Source: an uncultured bacterium (lineage in GTDB: Bacteria; Patescibacteriota; Saccharimonadia; Saccharimonadales; UBA4665). Taken from it: DNA of 64,000 bases. The first letter of the stretch is position 1. The number at the start of each line of letters is the position of its first letter. Positions 1 to 9,934 of this stretch are shown piece after piece. The stretch lies in the NCBI GenBank assembly GCA_963762395.1, contig CAVXKL010000004.1:227673-291672 (forward strand), read 5' to 3'. Made by a program: the position numbers and the translations under genes. Under the pieces are notes generated by a model that worked only from the letters and a program-made list of their open reading frames with translations, was not told the origin of the DNA and did no database searches.

Positions 1-2
1 AA

Positions 3-995
3 CCGGTCGTTCAGTCTATTAAGCCTAGAAGCAAACTATGGATTAAATATAGACCTAGACTCGGTAGCATTAAAAAAATATCCCTGTCAATCATATTATT
101 AGTTGTTATCTTGGCAGTCGGCTTTGTAGTTTATAGACACATAGAAGATAACCATAGAGTCATATTTACTATAGGAAATACGAAATATACTGAAGGCTAT
201 ATAGATAAACTGATAGCCTACCCCCTAAGTAAAAATTCCTCAAACCGTGCAGCCTTAACTGAGCAGGCCTTTAATTATTACAAAGAAATAGCTGTAGTCA
301 AAAAGTTAGGACTGTCTTTAAAAAGCTCGGAGATTAGCCAGTTTATACCCGATGTTACAGGGCTCAAGGCATCGGCTTTACAAAAAGATAATCCCTGGAC
401 AGCGCTTCTCGCATATGACTATGGCATAGAACAGGAACTACTAAATCCCAACACTTCTCTCTACAGTGGTTATGCTTATGTCTTTTACTTCGCCCAGCAT
501 ATCCAGACGGGGATAATTCAAAGCAAACTATCTAACATGGGTAATGCCCAAGCTATTGCCGAAGACCAGTCCTATGCGCAGACCAAAGCAAACTATTACT
601 ATAAGGAGCTAAAAACCAATAAAGTGACCCCGGCCCAGGTTTTAACTGCCGTAAAGTCTGACGCTAAACTTTGTGATGGCTATATTCTTGCTGCTTGCCA
701 GAGTGTTCGGCTTGATGGTTACAGTACACCATCTTACACAAATGCACTTGGTGAACCGCCAAGTGTAACAACGTATTTAGGTGAGCAAACTAAACCTGGT
801 CTGAGCCCCATCGAAACAGGTCAAGTAGCAAATATAAGCTCAGCCGCAGAACCTACCAGTGACTATACTTACGTCAATGCTTACTACTATTTTGTAGATC
901 TACAAAGTGTTCATAAAATACCGAGCAACATAGCAGCTATCTTTAATAAAGATCTTGCCAGTCTGCCCGCAACTTATTATGGGTGGCCAAAATGA
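3..995 (+). CDS. hypothetical N-terminally anchored membrane protein; 5' end probably outside the window
   Basis: The frame is open from base 3, with no stop upstream of the TTG at 111. The hydrophobic helix ISLSIILLVVILAVGFVVY sits at the N-terminal end. The stop TGA 993-995 overlaps ATG 992 of the next gene (ATGA). No recognisable domain. Confidence 0.5.
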   Translation, partial: PVVQSIKPRSKLWIKYRPRLGSIKKISLSIILLVVILAVGFVVYRHIEDNHRVIFTIGNTKYTEGYIDKLIAYPLSKNSSNRAALTEQAFNYYKEIAVVKKLGLSLKSSEISQFIPDVTGLKASALQKDNPWTALLAYDYGIEQELLNPNTSLYSGYAYVFYFAQHIQTGIIQSKLSNMGNAQAIAEDQSYAQTKANYYYKELKTNKVTPAQVLTAVKSDAKLCDGYILAACQSVRLDGYSTPSYTNALGEPPSVTTYLGEQTKPGLSPIETGQVANISSAAEPTSDYTYVNAYYYFVDLQSVHKIPSNIAAIFNKDLASLPATYYGWPK

Positions 996-3900
996 CCTTA
1001 AATAATATCTGTCGTTTGCTAGCTCGTCATAAATTATTAGTACTTCTCTTGGGGATAATTTTTTGCATTACAGTATTTGGCCTACAAACCAATAAAGCCT
1101 ATGCCGAAACACCAGACTGCGGGGTGCCTAATTCAGATGCATCACAAAACTTTGGAGGCATGGTAGTTACCATGTACTGGGAAAATTCGAGTGGAGTAAT
1201 TGAGGGGCAGGCAGATAATACCTTGGCCTCCGTTAGTTCTCACTCGCAAACTACGGATTCGCCAGATAATTTTATTGCTAACTCTGAGAATACTGGTAAC
1301 TTTGATGGCTACCACAACAGCGACGGTACAGCACAGAATGGCTACTCTAGCGTGTATTTCAACCAGGAGAATTATGGTTGTCCCAATACTGGCGATGGTT
1401 GGTCAGTAGTGTTGGGCTATGGATATACCTCTCAGAATGTTAACGGGACGGGTGGTCAATCAATCGGTGGTCCGGGTGAGTATGGAGATGATTGGTATCT
1501 GCGCTGTGGAATAGACGAAGGAGATCTTCAAAACTTTATAGTTACGGGTGAGGGAACACCAACCGGGGCTATACCTGGCGGTATTTGGTCGACACAAACA
1601 ATTGAAACTAACCCAAGCCCAACAAACCCAAATGTCAACGGCAGAACTAATTATTTAAAAATTGTTTATAAAGAGCCGCCACCAGGCTCTATAAACGGCG
1701 AAATAATTGACACCAACGGCAACACTATAACTGAACCATCATCTGAAGCACCATCGATAACTGTCGATAGCCTTACTCCGCAATCAGCTGATCCAACTTT
1801 TTCCTTCAATAACCTACCATACAACAATAACCATAAGGTTATAGATGGTAGCGACACTCTACCGGGAGGATATACACTACTGGGTTCAATCTGGTGCAAT
1901 ACACCATCATGTGGTTCATCGTTAGGTAGTAGTACGGACGGTCAAAACTACACTAGTGGCGAAGCAACTTATAATATACCGGTTGACTCAACAGTACCAG
2001 TAGAGATGCACTGGATATATGAAAAGAATTCAACGGTGACAGGTAAATGCCCCATCACCGGCCAAAGCCTTAATCCGAAAATAACATTGCCACAAGAATT
2101 GCCACAAGACTATCCGAAAGTTGGCGGGGTTTCACAGGGAAGCGAAGGGCAATCAGGCATAACAACGCAGAAAAATGCCCAATATTATCAGGAGGTACCC
2201 GCAGGCTGGAAGATAATTACCGCCAATGACGATGTAGAATATGGTAATAGTGGTACCACAATTGGTTGGACTCCTAATAATGGCTACCAGAGCTCCGATG
2301 TCTTTACCCTAAACTACACTAATTATATTGATGACTACCCATACGACCCCCATTCGACCACTGTGACATATAACCAGCAGTTTACTCAAACTCGCTTCTA
2401 TTCATCGTCAAGCCCAGATGGCTATTTATGCAGAGGTAGCTCTACCACCTCCGAACCTGACTGCTATTATTTAGCTACGAAAAAAGGCTCAGGTAAAAAT
2501 GTTAGCTATACATGTGCCTATTCTACCGACAAAGGCCCAAACTCCGACCACGAGTGTTATTACCCCGGAACTCCATATTATAACTGGCATGCTGGTAGTC
2601 CCACAACTGTCACAGGATCAAACACTACGTATACTGGTGCCCCGGTCTTAAGTGAGTGTTATTATAGAACCTTTAATCTAACAGTTACCAACGCGACTGT
2701 TTCCTTCAACGGCGAAGAAGATAATCCGACCAGCATTACCATGTCGGCTAATGTCAACGCAAGTTTCGGTATTACCGAGCCGCAGATATCAGAAGCTGTC
2801 CACAATCCCTGTCAGGTTAAGGGCATCACTAATAGCTATATTGTTTCATATATTACCCCCACGGGTCAGGTTGTATCCTACCCGGCGGCCAATACTTCAA
2901 CCACCTTTACTTACGGACCTAACGCCAACTGTTCGGGTACGACCGTCACGGCAATTCCCAAAACAGATAATGTCAATATGCCTCCTTTAACATTCGGCGA
3001 TTCTATCTGTCTGGAGGTCGATGTTAAGCCAATAGGCACGCAGATGGATTATCAGGGCAACATTACTTCAAATAATGGTCTGACCAGCACAGCTAAATCA
3101 GCCTGTTCCTCACCAATAGGTGCCGAACCGTATGTGAGGGTTTTCGGGGGTGATGTCATAGCGGGTACGTCTAGCGACTCCATAGCCTCTTGCTATATCG
3201 GCGGTAGCATGGCAGGGATAGATAGCTTTAATCAGGGTGGCAATGGCGATCTTGGCGCCGGTACGACAACGTCAGCTCTAGCTACCGGTAACATCATTGG
3301 CTTTGCTTCTGGACAAGATGTGCTTAATTTGCTTAACCCGCCTCCGCTTACGTTTGCTAACTATCTAGCCTCGCCGTATGGTGGTAACTTTTCAACCAGT
3401 GCTGCTACGTGTAGCTCCCCTGATTACTATACCCAAGCCAAAACCATCCAATCCCAAGGCCCAACAGATTACGTTGGTCCTTGCCCAACCAATATTGCGG
3501 CTATGACTTTAGGGCCTAATAAGCAATACAATCACTACACCTGCTACTCAACATCCACAGTCAGTATTACCGGACCGATTACCTATGCGATTCCGTCCGG
3601 TACAGCCGTTAACCTATTCCCAAGCTTTGAAATAGTCGTTAAAGGGGCGAATATTAATATTGGAAAGACAGTCGGGAACCTAGCTGGTGAGTATGTTGCT
3701 GAGCTTGATCCTACTACTAACAGCGGTGGTACTATCAATGACTATGGCGGAGGCAATGTAGACACCTGCCCAGCCGCGGACTATGCCACTAACAGCCCTC
3801 AAAATACCTGTAGCAATGATCGTCTGGTGATTGACGGCTCATTCATAGCTAATGCTATTAACTTCTACCGCACCTACGGTACACTGAGCGCAGCCGCTAA

Positions 3901-4048
3901 CAATTCAACGCCGACAAACTGCAGCACAACCCCCCAGGATTGTTACGACGCCGAAGAATTTGACTACTCGCCACTTAATTGGCTAGGGCCAAGCTATACT
4001 CAGCAACCAATCGTCCAAGCAATCACTAGTTTACCACCCGTTCTTTAA
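992..4048 (+). CDS. large secreted or surface Cys-rich, S/T/N/G-rich protein (candidate adhesin)
   Basis: Uninterrupted ORF of about 1,019 codons. The N-terminal signal/anchor is LLVLLLGIIFCITVFGLQTNKAYA. About 30 Cys are scattered through it, and the motif C-Y-Y occurs three times (EPDCYY, HECYY, SECYY). ATG 992 gives an ATGA overlap with the upstream gene; GTG 983 is an alternative start. No known domain recognised. Confidence 0.6.
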   Translation: MTLNNICRLLARHKLLVLLLGIIFCITVFGLQTNKAYAETPDCGVPNSDASQNFGGMVVTMYWENSSGVIEGQADNTLASVSSHSQTTDSPDNFIANSENTGNFDGYHNSDGTAQNGYSSVYFNQENYGCPNTGDGWSVVLGYGYTSQNVNGTGGQSIGGPGEYGDDWYLRCGIDEGDLQNFIVTGEGTPTGAIPGGIWSTQTIETNPSPTNPNVNGRTNYLKIVYKEPPPGSINGEIIDTNGNTITEPSSEAPSITVDSLTPQSADPTFSFNNLPYNNNHKVIDGSDTLPGGYTLLGSIWCNTPSCGSSLGSSTDGQNYTSGEATYNIPVDSTVPVEMHWIYEKNSTVTGKCPITGQSLNPKITLPQELPQDYPKVGGVSQGSEGQSGITTQKNAQYYQEVPAGWKIITANDDVEYGNSGTTIGWTPNNGYQSSDVFTLNYTNYIDDYPYDPHSTTVTYNQQFTQTRFYSSSSPDGYLCRGSSTTSEPDCYYLATKKGSGKNVSYTCAYSTDKGPNSDHECYYPGTPYYNWHAGSPTTVTGSNTTYTGAPVLSECYYRTFNLTVTNATVSFNGEEDNPTSITMSANVNASFGITEPQISEAVHNPCQVKGITNSYIVSYITPTGQVVSYPAANTSTTFTYGPNANCSGTTVTAIPKTDNVNMPPLTFGDSICLEVDVKPIGTQMDYQGNITSNNGLTSTAKSACSSPIGAEPYVRVFGGDVIAGTSSDSIASCYIGGSMAGIDSFNQGGNGDLGAGTTTSALATGNIIGFASGQDVLNLLNPPPLTFANYLASPYGGNFSTSAATCSSPDYYTQAKTIQSQGPTDYVGPCPTNIAAMTLGPNKQYNHYTCYSTSTVSITGPITYAIPSGTAVNLFPSFEIVVKGANINIGKTVGNLAGEYVAELDPTTNSGGTINDYGGGNVDTCPAADYATNSPQNTCSNDRLVIDGSFIANAINFYRTYGTLSAAANNSTPTNCSTTPQDCYDAEEFDYSPLNWLGPSYTQQPIVQAITSLPPVL

Positions 4049-5157
4049 TTACTGCAGGTTGGACTCTCAGGACCTTCGCCAGGATAGACAGTGAAATCTT
4101 TATCAATACATTTAGTAGATATAATAGCCCCGGCCGAAACACTGCTATTGCAATAATTGCCATCACATACTCTTTCCTGTAGTCTCTTGAGTTGTCCGCC
4201 GGCCTCACCCGTAGAATCGATTAATATCTGGGCATCAGTCAAATTAATTTGTTTACCTTGGGCGTCGTGAGCCGTTATATAAAGGTTAGCTGGCTGATAG
4301 TAAGGCTGCAGACGGATATAGTAAGTATGATCAGCCGGCAGCCCAGGCTGAGTATTTATGGTCTGGGTACAAGCATATTGACCACCATCATTGCCACACT
4401 CCACAGGGTAGACCTTATCTTCGGAAATAGTTGCTGCTGGCGCCACTACAGCGTTGCCACTATGTTGCACTGGCTCTAAATAAGCCGTGTCCCCAGGACT
4501 GGAAGCATTTGCTGTCAAGCTGCTGTCAGCCACCATATCTAACTGTAAAGCACCTGCACCGCAATTGGATGGCGATAAGTCTTCGCCCGAGGTTACGTTT
4601 AACGCTGGGAAAGTTGCTGGCGGAGGACTGACATTCGGGCAACCGGTGAAGGTACCCTCTGCATCTGGATTGTACCAGCTGACGGTTATGCTGCTTATAT
4701 TATCGCTGGCGTTCGCGTTACTTAAGGCAAATACCCAACTAATTCCGGGATTCAGGTGTTGGTAGATTAGTGAATTTGGCGAGATGTTGACGATCAGACA
4801 GTTATATTGAATCTGGCCGTTACCATTTAGCAGATAGTTGCTACCATTAACAACATATGATCCCGATGGCGTGGAATTACACTGGCCGCTAGTTGTGGAT
4901 TGTGGCGTTACCCCATGAGATATTTCATCCTGAATGATGGTAAGAGCGTCATTAATACCACTCTCAGCGGCATAGTCGGCCTGGGTTGCTAGGGTGTTAG
5001 CCAGCGAATCTTTTTGTTCAAGGCGGGCATCTGCGGCAAAGGCGACGACTATTAAGCTAACGACAATCATAGTTACCAGGGTTATAACAAATGAAGCATA
5101 GCCTTTCTCTGATTTAACTATTGATAGTAGATATTTTTTAAACATCAGCTTAACCAT
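4045..5157 (-). CDS. PilX-like pseudopilin (pilin-like N-terminus lacking Glu5)
   Basis: The N-terminus KSEKG/YASFVITLVTMIVVSLIVVAFA is followed by ARLEQKDSLANTLATQADYAAESG, typical of PilX_N-type minor pilins. It is the last gene of a tightly overlapping minus-strand pilin operon. Confidence 0.6.
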   Translation of the reverse strand: MVKLMFKKYLLSIVKSEKGYASFVITLVTMIVVSLIVVAFAADARLEQKDSLANTLATQADYAAESGINDALTIIQDEISHGVTPQSTTSGQCNSTPSGSYVVNGSNYLLNGNGQIQYNCLIVNISPNSLIYQHLNPGISWVFALSNANASDNISSITVSWYNPDAEGTFTGCPNVSPPPATFPALNVTSGEDLSPSNCGAGALQLDMVADSSLTANASSPGDTAYLEPVQHSGNAVVAPAATISEDKVYPVECGNDGGQYACTQTINTQPGLPADHTYYIRLQPYYQPANLYITAHDAQGKQINLTDAQILIDSTGEAGGQLKRLQERVCDGNYCNSSVSAGAIISTKCIDKDFTVYPGEGPESPTCSN

Positions 5158-5854
5158 TTATACCAGGTATACGGGGAATTACCGTAGTTGTCAAAGTTGA
5201 AGTAGCACAAAAACTACTATCCGGCCCGCCTTGACAACTGTATTTATATTGAGCGGAAACTGGCGGAGCTACCGGTGAAGCGTTGACATTGTAACCACCA
5301 TTAGTATTGGTCGTATCGTTAAGCAATACGTTCTCGCCGTAGCCGACTTCAAGGTTAATAGTGTAAACGGTTTCATCGTTAATGGTAGGAGAGGAAATAT
5401 ATAGCTCACCCAGTCGTTCGTTAGTAGTTAGCAGTTCTTCGGCGCCGGTCTGACCTAGCGGGTCGGGCTGATTCTGCGAGTTTAGCGGCACCGTACAGGA
5501 GCTATACGGGAATCTAACCAAGGCCCATGTGGAGTACTCACTACCAGTCAAAGTTGGCGACAAGTATTTATCTAGCTGGTAAACATAAACATCACTGCCG
5601 GTACAGAAGTAGTAGACATCACCCGAGTAATGGGTGGTGGCCGTAATATCACTACTATCGTTAAACTCGATAGCCTGGCTAATGTCGCTTAATACCGCTC
5701 TAGAAGTTTGTTGGGTTTGGCCTTCTACTGACCCCTTGATATATGTTTGACTGATGCCAATTATGGTAGTTGTAGTTAAAACTAACATGATCGAAAATAC
5801 CGCCGTAGCGATCATCAGCTCAATAATTGTAAAACCGTCTTGAGGTGTCTTCAT
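5150..5854 (-). CDS. type IV minor pilin (prepilin-type N-terminal cleavage/methylation domain)
   Basis: MKTPQDG/FTIIELMIATAVFSIMLVL matches the class III signal peptide motif G/FTxxE plus a hydrophobic helix. Confidence 0.75.
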   Translation of the reverse strand: MKTPQDGFTIIELMIATAVFSIMLVLTTTTIIGISQTYIKGSVEGQTQQTSRAVLSDISQAIEFNDSSDITATTHYSGDVYYFCTGSDVYVYQLDKYLSPTLTGSEYSTWALVRFPYSSCTVPLNSQNQPDPLGQTGAEELLTTNERLGELYISSPTINDETVYTINLEVGYGENVLLNDTTNTNGGYNVNASPVAPPVSAQYKYSCQGGPDSSFCATSTLTTTVIPRIPGING

Positions 5855-6336
5855 CAGCTTGTCGAATCCACTCTGTAATATAGACTGACGCTATCAGTTC
5901 CGGCACCACCGAGAGCCGTCCAAGTAACATTAATATCGTATGTATTTAAATAGACCGTTGGTGCTGACGGTGGCGTGTATGTTGTTGACGTAGATGTCAC
6001 CTTACTAATTTTAACCATGTAACAATAGGGAGTGCATTGGCTGCCATCACTGATAAGCGAGGTATTAGAACTATTAACCTCACAGTCACTTGAAGGTGTC
6101 AGGTCAGCGCCAATACATTGTTTGTCAGCAGCAATTGAACCGACAGCCCTTAACTCTTCAAGTTGGGTCTGAGCAATTGTCAATGCTTCAGCATGCTCCT
6201 GGGAATCACGGTCATTGCGGTATGACTGGTTAGCCGTATAATATGCTCCGCCAAGGACAAGCGTCAGAATTGCTAATGAAATCATTACCTCAACAATGGT
6301 ATCGCCGTTTTGTCTTCGCCAAAGTCTATTAGCCAT
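5854..6336 (-). CDS. type IV minor pilin, PilV-like
   Basis: RRQNG/DTIVEVMISLAILTLVLGG is a prepilin motif with Glu5. Its stop shares one base (5854) with the start codon of the downstream gene. Confidence 0.7.
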   Translation of the reverse strand: MANRLWRRQNGDTIVEVMISLAILTLVLGGAYYTANQSYRNDRDSQEHAEALTIAQTQLEELRAVGSIAADKQCIGADLTPSSDCEVNSSNTSLISDGSQCTPYCYMVKISKVTSTSTTYTPPSAPTVYLNTYDINVTWTALGGAGTDSVSLYYRVDSTS

Positions 6337-7213
6337 CTTGACAACCTAACTTACTGTATATAGTATCACTAACACTTGTAGCGCTGTTGCTGCCACCACC
6401 AATTATAAAAAGAACTGATTGAATATCAGACCCGCTATTGAGGCATAAGGTTATACCGTTACTGGGATTTATCATTTGAACCGGAGCAGAGCCAACGCAA
6501 ACGTCGTTCGGATTGCTAGAGCAATTTGTTAGCGGCGTGTTCACTAATCCTATGGGGCTAGTATTAAGCTTTGAACCAGGGATAACAAATATTTCAATGT
6601 GCTCTGAGCCGGAACTTAGCGCTTCTCCAGAATTAGCCAAGTCATTGCCTTCAAAACTGGTGAAACTAAAAAGCCCAATAGCACCAAGGCCTGTTGGTGA
6701 GATGGTAGGGGAGGTGACGGTGGAGGTAACGGAGGAACCGTTAACGATCGTAAGACCAAATGGCATAGTTATACTTTGTTCTATGCCAGAGATTATCCAT
6801 GGTTCTGCTTGACTCAAGCTAGTAGCATCCTGGGTGTCATTAGAGCCTGCCACATAATTCCGGCCAATTACCGGCAAAATAGTATACGAGCCGGAATTAA
6901 AAGCCAGTACCTCACCAATAATTGTGCTTGCGCCATTTATAGGGGTAGAAGTACTGCAGTTATACGGTTGCCCGCTATCTTCATTGACATTGCAACTAAT
7001 GCCATTTAGAGAGGGGTAGTTGCCATCACCGACATTTGATAAGTCTTGATTAAGATCAGCCTTTAATGTGTTTACACCAGTCTGGAATTCTGTTTGCTGT
7101 TGCTTTCCGCTCATAGCATTAATGGCCAAAACAAACATCAGGCCAGATATAGCTAGAAATATCATAACCTCAACGATAGTAAAACCCGCTCCGGTCTTTA
7201 ACCTAGCATACAT
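6329..7213 (-). CDS. type IV pilin-like protein (first gene of the minor-pilin operon)
   Basis: LKTGAG/FTIVEVMIFLAISGLMFVLAINAM is a prepilin motif. It overlaps the next gene by 8 nt. Confidence 0.75.
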   Translation of the reverse strand: MYARLKTGAGFTIVEVMIFLAISGLMFVLAINAMSGKQQQTEFQTGVNTLKADLNQDLSNVGDGNYPSLNGISCNVNEDSGQPYNCSTSTPINGASTIIGEVLAFNSGSYTILPVIGRNYVAGSNDTQDATSLSQAEPWIISGIEQSITMPFGLTIVNGSSVTSTVTSPTISPTGLGAIGLFSFTSFEGNDLANSGEALSSGSEHIEIFVIPGSKLNTSPIGLVNTPLTNCSSNPNDVCVGSAPVQMINPSNGITLCLNSGSDIQSVLFIIGGGSNSATSVSDTIYSKLGCQDG

Positions 7214-7476
7214 AGGTAAAATTATAGCATATGCACTTTAGCTAAACAGTGGTATATGGTCTGAGATATGGAGCTGCTTTTATGACGAACAGCCCGTACT
7301 GAAAAGGTCAAATTAAGCCTAAGAGTACTAAAAGCTGTGCCTTGGCAGATGATCTATTACTAACTTCACCATAAGCACCTTTACTACCGTGGCCCTAATT
7401 GATATATTTGGTCTAAATATTTTCTAGGAAGTTACCAGTTCGATTCTTCCGTGGTCTTTGCTATGCTTAATAGAGT

Positions 7477-8154
7477 ATGCACGAACCACATAAACAAGGT
7501 AACAAAATATCTGACATTATCCTTGGTGGTCAGGATGGTTTAGTAAGCATATTAGGATTACTGCTCGGACTTGCGGCCGCAACGAGTTCTTCGAAGATTA
7601 TTATTGCTGGTGGACTTGCCACAATTTTTGCCGAGACACTTTCTATGGCTGCTGTTGCCTACACATCGAAAATGGCGGACAGAGATCATTATGCAGCCGA
7701 GCGAAGACAAGAGATAAAGGAAGTAAAAGAAGTTCCCGAAACTGAAAGGCAAGAGATAGTAGATATATATGCCGCAAAAGGCTTCAGCGGTAAGTTACTA
7801 GACGACATAGTAAATCATATAACCTCAGACCATGAATTATGGATTGATACCATGATGAGGGAAGAGCTTAATCTGCTGCCAGTAGTAAAGAGAGACGTTT
7901 ACAGGTTTGCGTTAGTCGTGGGAGTCTCAACTTTTACCGGAGCCTTTCTGCCACTAATACCTTTCTTTTTCTTATCCGTACATGCCGCTCTTATAGCCGC
8001 ATTAATAGTGTCTATACTGGTTTTGGCAGGAGTGGGAATATATAAAGCAAACATTACCTTAGGCAAGCCTGTTAAAAGCGCGATTCAAATGGTTATTATT
8101 GGTATGGGAGCTGCAATAGCAGGCTATCTCATCGGGCTTACGTTTAAATCCTAG
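7477..8154 (+). CDS. VIT1/CCC1-family iron/manganese transporter
   Basis: N-terminal DIILGGQDGLVSILGLLLGLAAA motif, an acidic cytosolic loop (ERRQEIKEVKEVPETERQEIVD) and C-terminal TM helices match the VIT-family layout. Confidence 0.65.
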   Translation: MHEPHKQGNKISDIILGGQDGLVSILGLLLGLAAATSSSKIIIAGGLATIFAETLSMAAVAYTSKMADRDHYAAERRQEIKEVKEVPETERQEIVDIYAAKGFSGKLLDDIVNHITSDHELWIDTMMREELNLLPVVKRDVYRFALVVGVSTFTGAFLPLIPFFFLSVHAALIAALIVSILVLAGVGIYKANITLGKPVKSAIQMVIIGMGAAIAGYLIGLTFKS

Positions 8155-8321
8155 ACTCTAATCCCTGCGGCAATGTAATTGACAGAAATTTTACCGTTGA
8201 TTGATTTTCCCAAGGATTTGGTTCCAATTCGATCTTAGTCGAATAACCATTCTGCTCATGCTTATTAAAATATTGCATGCTATATATAGTACTGTAACTA
8301 ACGGACGCGGGAAGAGGATAT

Positions 8322-9041
8322 ATGCCGGGGTTGGTTGTACCAGCAGAACGAAGTATTATCGTGGCTTCTAGCTTAAGACCCGAAAGGTTTTGTGAACTTG
8401 TAAATAAAATAGAAGTAGTTACCGGCCTGGGCGGTTATGAGATTGGTCTAAAAATTGCAATTGGTAAGACCTTAGTTAAGGCAGTTGATGCTATTAGGAA
8501 TATTAGATCGGGTGCAGTAGTTATTTATAACTACCAAAAAGCTGGAATAAATATAGTTAATAATGATATAAACTTTGCCAAAAAAATGGCTGAAGCTGAT
8601 GTTGATGCAGCCATTCTTTTTCCCTTTACAGACCCTCAAGTAGAAGAAAACATAAAGGAATTACATGACGAAGGAGTCGAGGTAATTATTGGTACAGAAA
8701 TGACCCAACCTCGAAAAAGGCACAATGAGGGAGACTATACACATCAAGACGCTCTTAGAAGAATGTTTGACCAAGCAGTTGAACTAGGTGTCCGGGATTT
8801 TGTAGTTCCAGGCAACAGGCCAGATAAAGTTGCTGAATCTAAAGCCTATCTCGACGAAGCAGTTGGGGAAGATTGGTATTCATTATTTTCAACTGGTTTC
8901 ATTACACAAGACGGCACAATAACTGAAGCTGGCCAAGCAGCAGGTTACAGCTGGCACAATATTATAGGTCAAGGTATTACTAAAGTCGAAGATCTATATG
9001 CTGCTGTAATAGAGTATGCTCAACAAATACTAGGTCCCTAA
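8322..9041 (+). CDS. OMP-decarboxylase/HPS-like TIM-barrel protein (tentative)
   Basis: The spacing of GYEIGLK, then NYQKAGINIV, then VVPGNRP resembles the OMPdecase fold. The canonical DxKxxD catalytic motif is not intact. Confidence 0.3.
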   Translation: MPGLVVPAERSIIVASSLRPERFCELVNKIEVVTGLGGYEIGLKIAIGKTLVKAVDAIRNIRSGAVVIYNYQKAGINIVNNDINFAKKMAEADVDAAILFPFTDPQVEENIKELHDEGVEVIIGTEMTQPRKRHNEGDYTHQDALRRMFDQAVELGVRDFVVPGNRPDKVAESKAYLDEAVGEDWYSLFSTGFITQDGTITEAGQAAGYSWHNIIGQGITKVEDLYAAVIEYAQQILGP

Positions 9042-9174
9042 CTATAACCCTTTCCTTGCGTTTTTGGCTTAGTTCACCATAACCCAATCTTAAAATACTA
9101 ATCTCTCTTTAAATAACAGAGGATTTATGCTGACCTAGGATATAATAGTTATTGTCAGGCATAAATATAAATAA

Positions 9175-9816
9175 ATGTTCGGCCTTAAAAGAAATAATCA
9201 TAAATCTGTCTTTGTAGAAGTATTAGTGCTGATTGTTGTAATAGTCTTCTGTGCTCTAACAGTAATTTATATAGTAAGGGCGAATGATCTAAGAATTAAT
9301 ACCAGCTCAACCGTCTCTAAGACCAAAACTATATCAAAGACCTCAATTCCCAATGACACTCCGCCCCAGGGAGAGCCGCCGGTAAACATATCCTCGTCCA
9401 CTAGCACCAACAAACAAACTACCCAGCAGTCAAACGAAACTACGATTGACATAAAGCCAGTAGGTATAAGCATTACCTTGCCAAGTTCTATGTCTGATCT
9501 TACCTATAACGCAACATCATCTGACGGGTCAGTTACCGTTAACTTTTCAACAGCTACCATAACAAATGAAATATCTTCATGCTCCGCTGCCAGCGGGCAA
9601 GGGGCCTTCGATAGAATCATTAGAGCCGACGGCCAATATCCATCCAGTTCCAACCCTAATGAGGGGCTAATCAAACAAGAGCCGACCTATTATATCGCCT
9701 ATCTTTTACCTAACGGTCCCTGCGCGAACAATTTAAGCCCGGATCTAGAGAGCTTACTCGATCAAGACTCTCAATCCTTTTACTCTGCCTTATCGACAAT
9801 CCAAGTTATTAACTAG
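9175..9816 (+). CDS. hypothetical membrane-anchored extracytoplasmic protein
   Basis: N-terminal TM helix VFVEVLVLIVVIVFCALTVIYIV, an S/T/Q-rich linker and a Cys-containing C-terminal domain. No family recognised. Confidence 0.45.
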   Translation: MFGLKRNNHKSVFVEVLVLIVVIVFCALTVIYIVRANDLRINTSSTVSKTKTISKTSIPNDTPPQGEPPVNISSSTSTNKQTTQQSNETTIDIKPVGISITLPSSMSDLTYNATSSDGSVTVNFSTATITNEISSCSAASGQGAFDRIIRADGQYPSSSNPNEGLIKQEPTYYIAYLLPNGPCANNLSPDLESLLDQDSQSFYSALSTIQVIN

Positions 9817-9934
9817 GTTATCAAAGCTACAATTTTATTGAGTATTTTTGCTATAATGCTTAAGTATATATAGATGAGAATATTAAGCATGTACCTGGGT
9901 ATAACTTTAATATTGAAAAGAGAGATCTAGGTTT

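Noticed and set aside
1200-7009. Short ORFs in the track nested in or antisense to the large secreted-protein and pilin genes (1200-1409, 1666-1899, 2751-2990, 4026-4208, 4249-4765, 6513-7009).
   Set aside because: They lie wholly inside longer ORFs that have motif-level support. They have low-complexity or Arg/Leu-rich composition typical of off-frame translation, and no RBS or independent evidence. The same reasoning applies to the other 60-130-aa antisense ORFs throughout the track, for example 16115-16387, 16577-16870, 17776-18066, 51239-51622, 54164-54478 and 61119-61496.
7427-7450. tRNA-like GTTCGATTC sequence in the 7214-7476 intergenic region.
   Set aside because: The flanks (GGAAG...CTTCC with a 14-nt loop) do not form a 5-bp T-stem around a 7-nt loop. 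No acceptor or anticodon arms can be drawn, so it is just a small hairpin.
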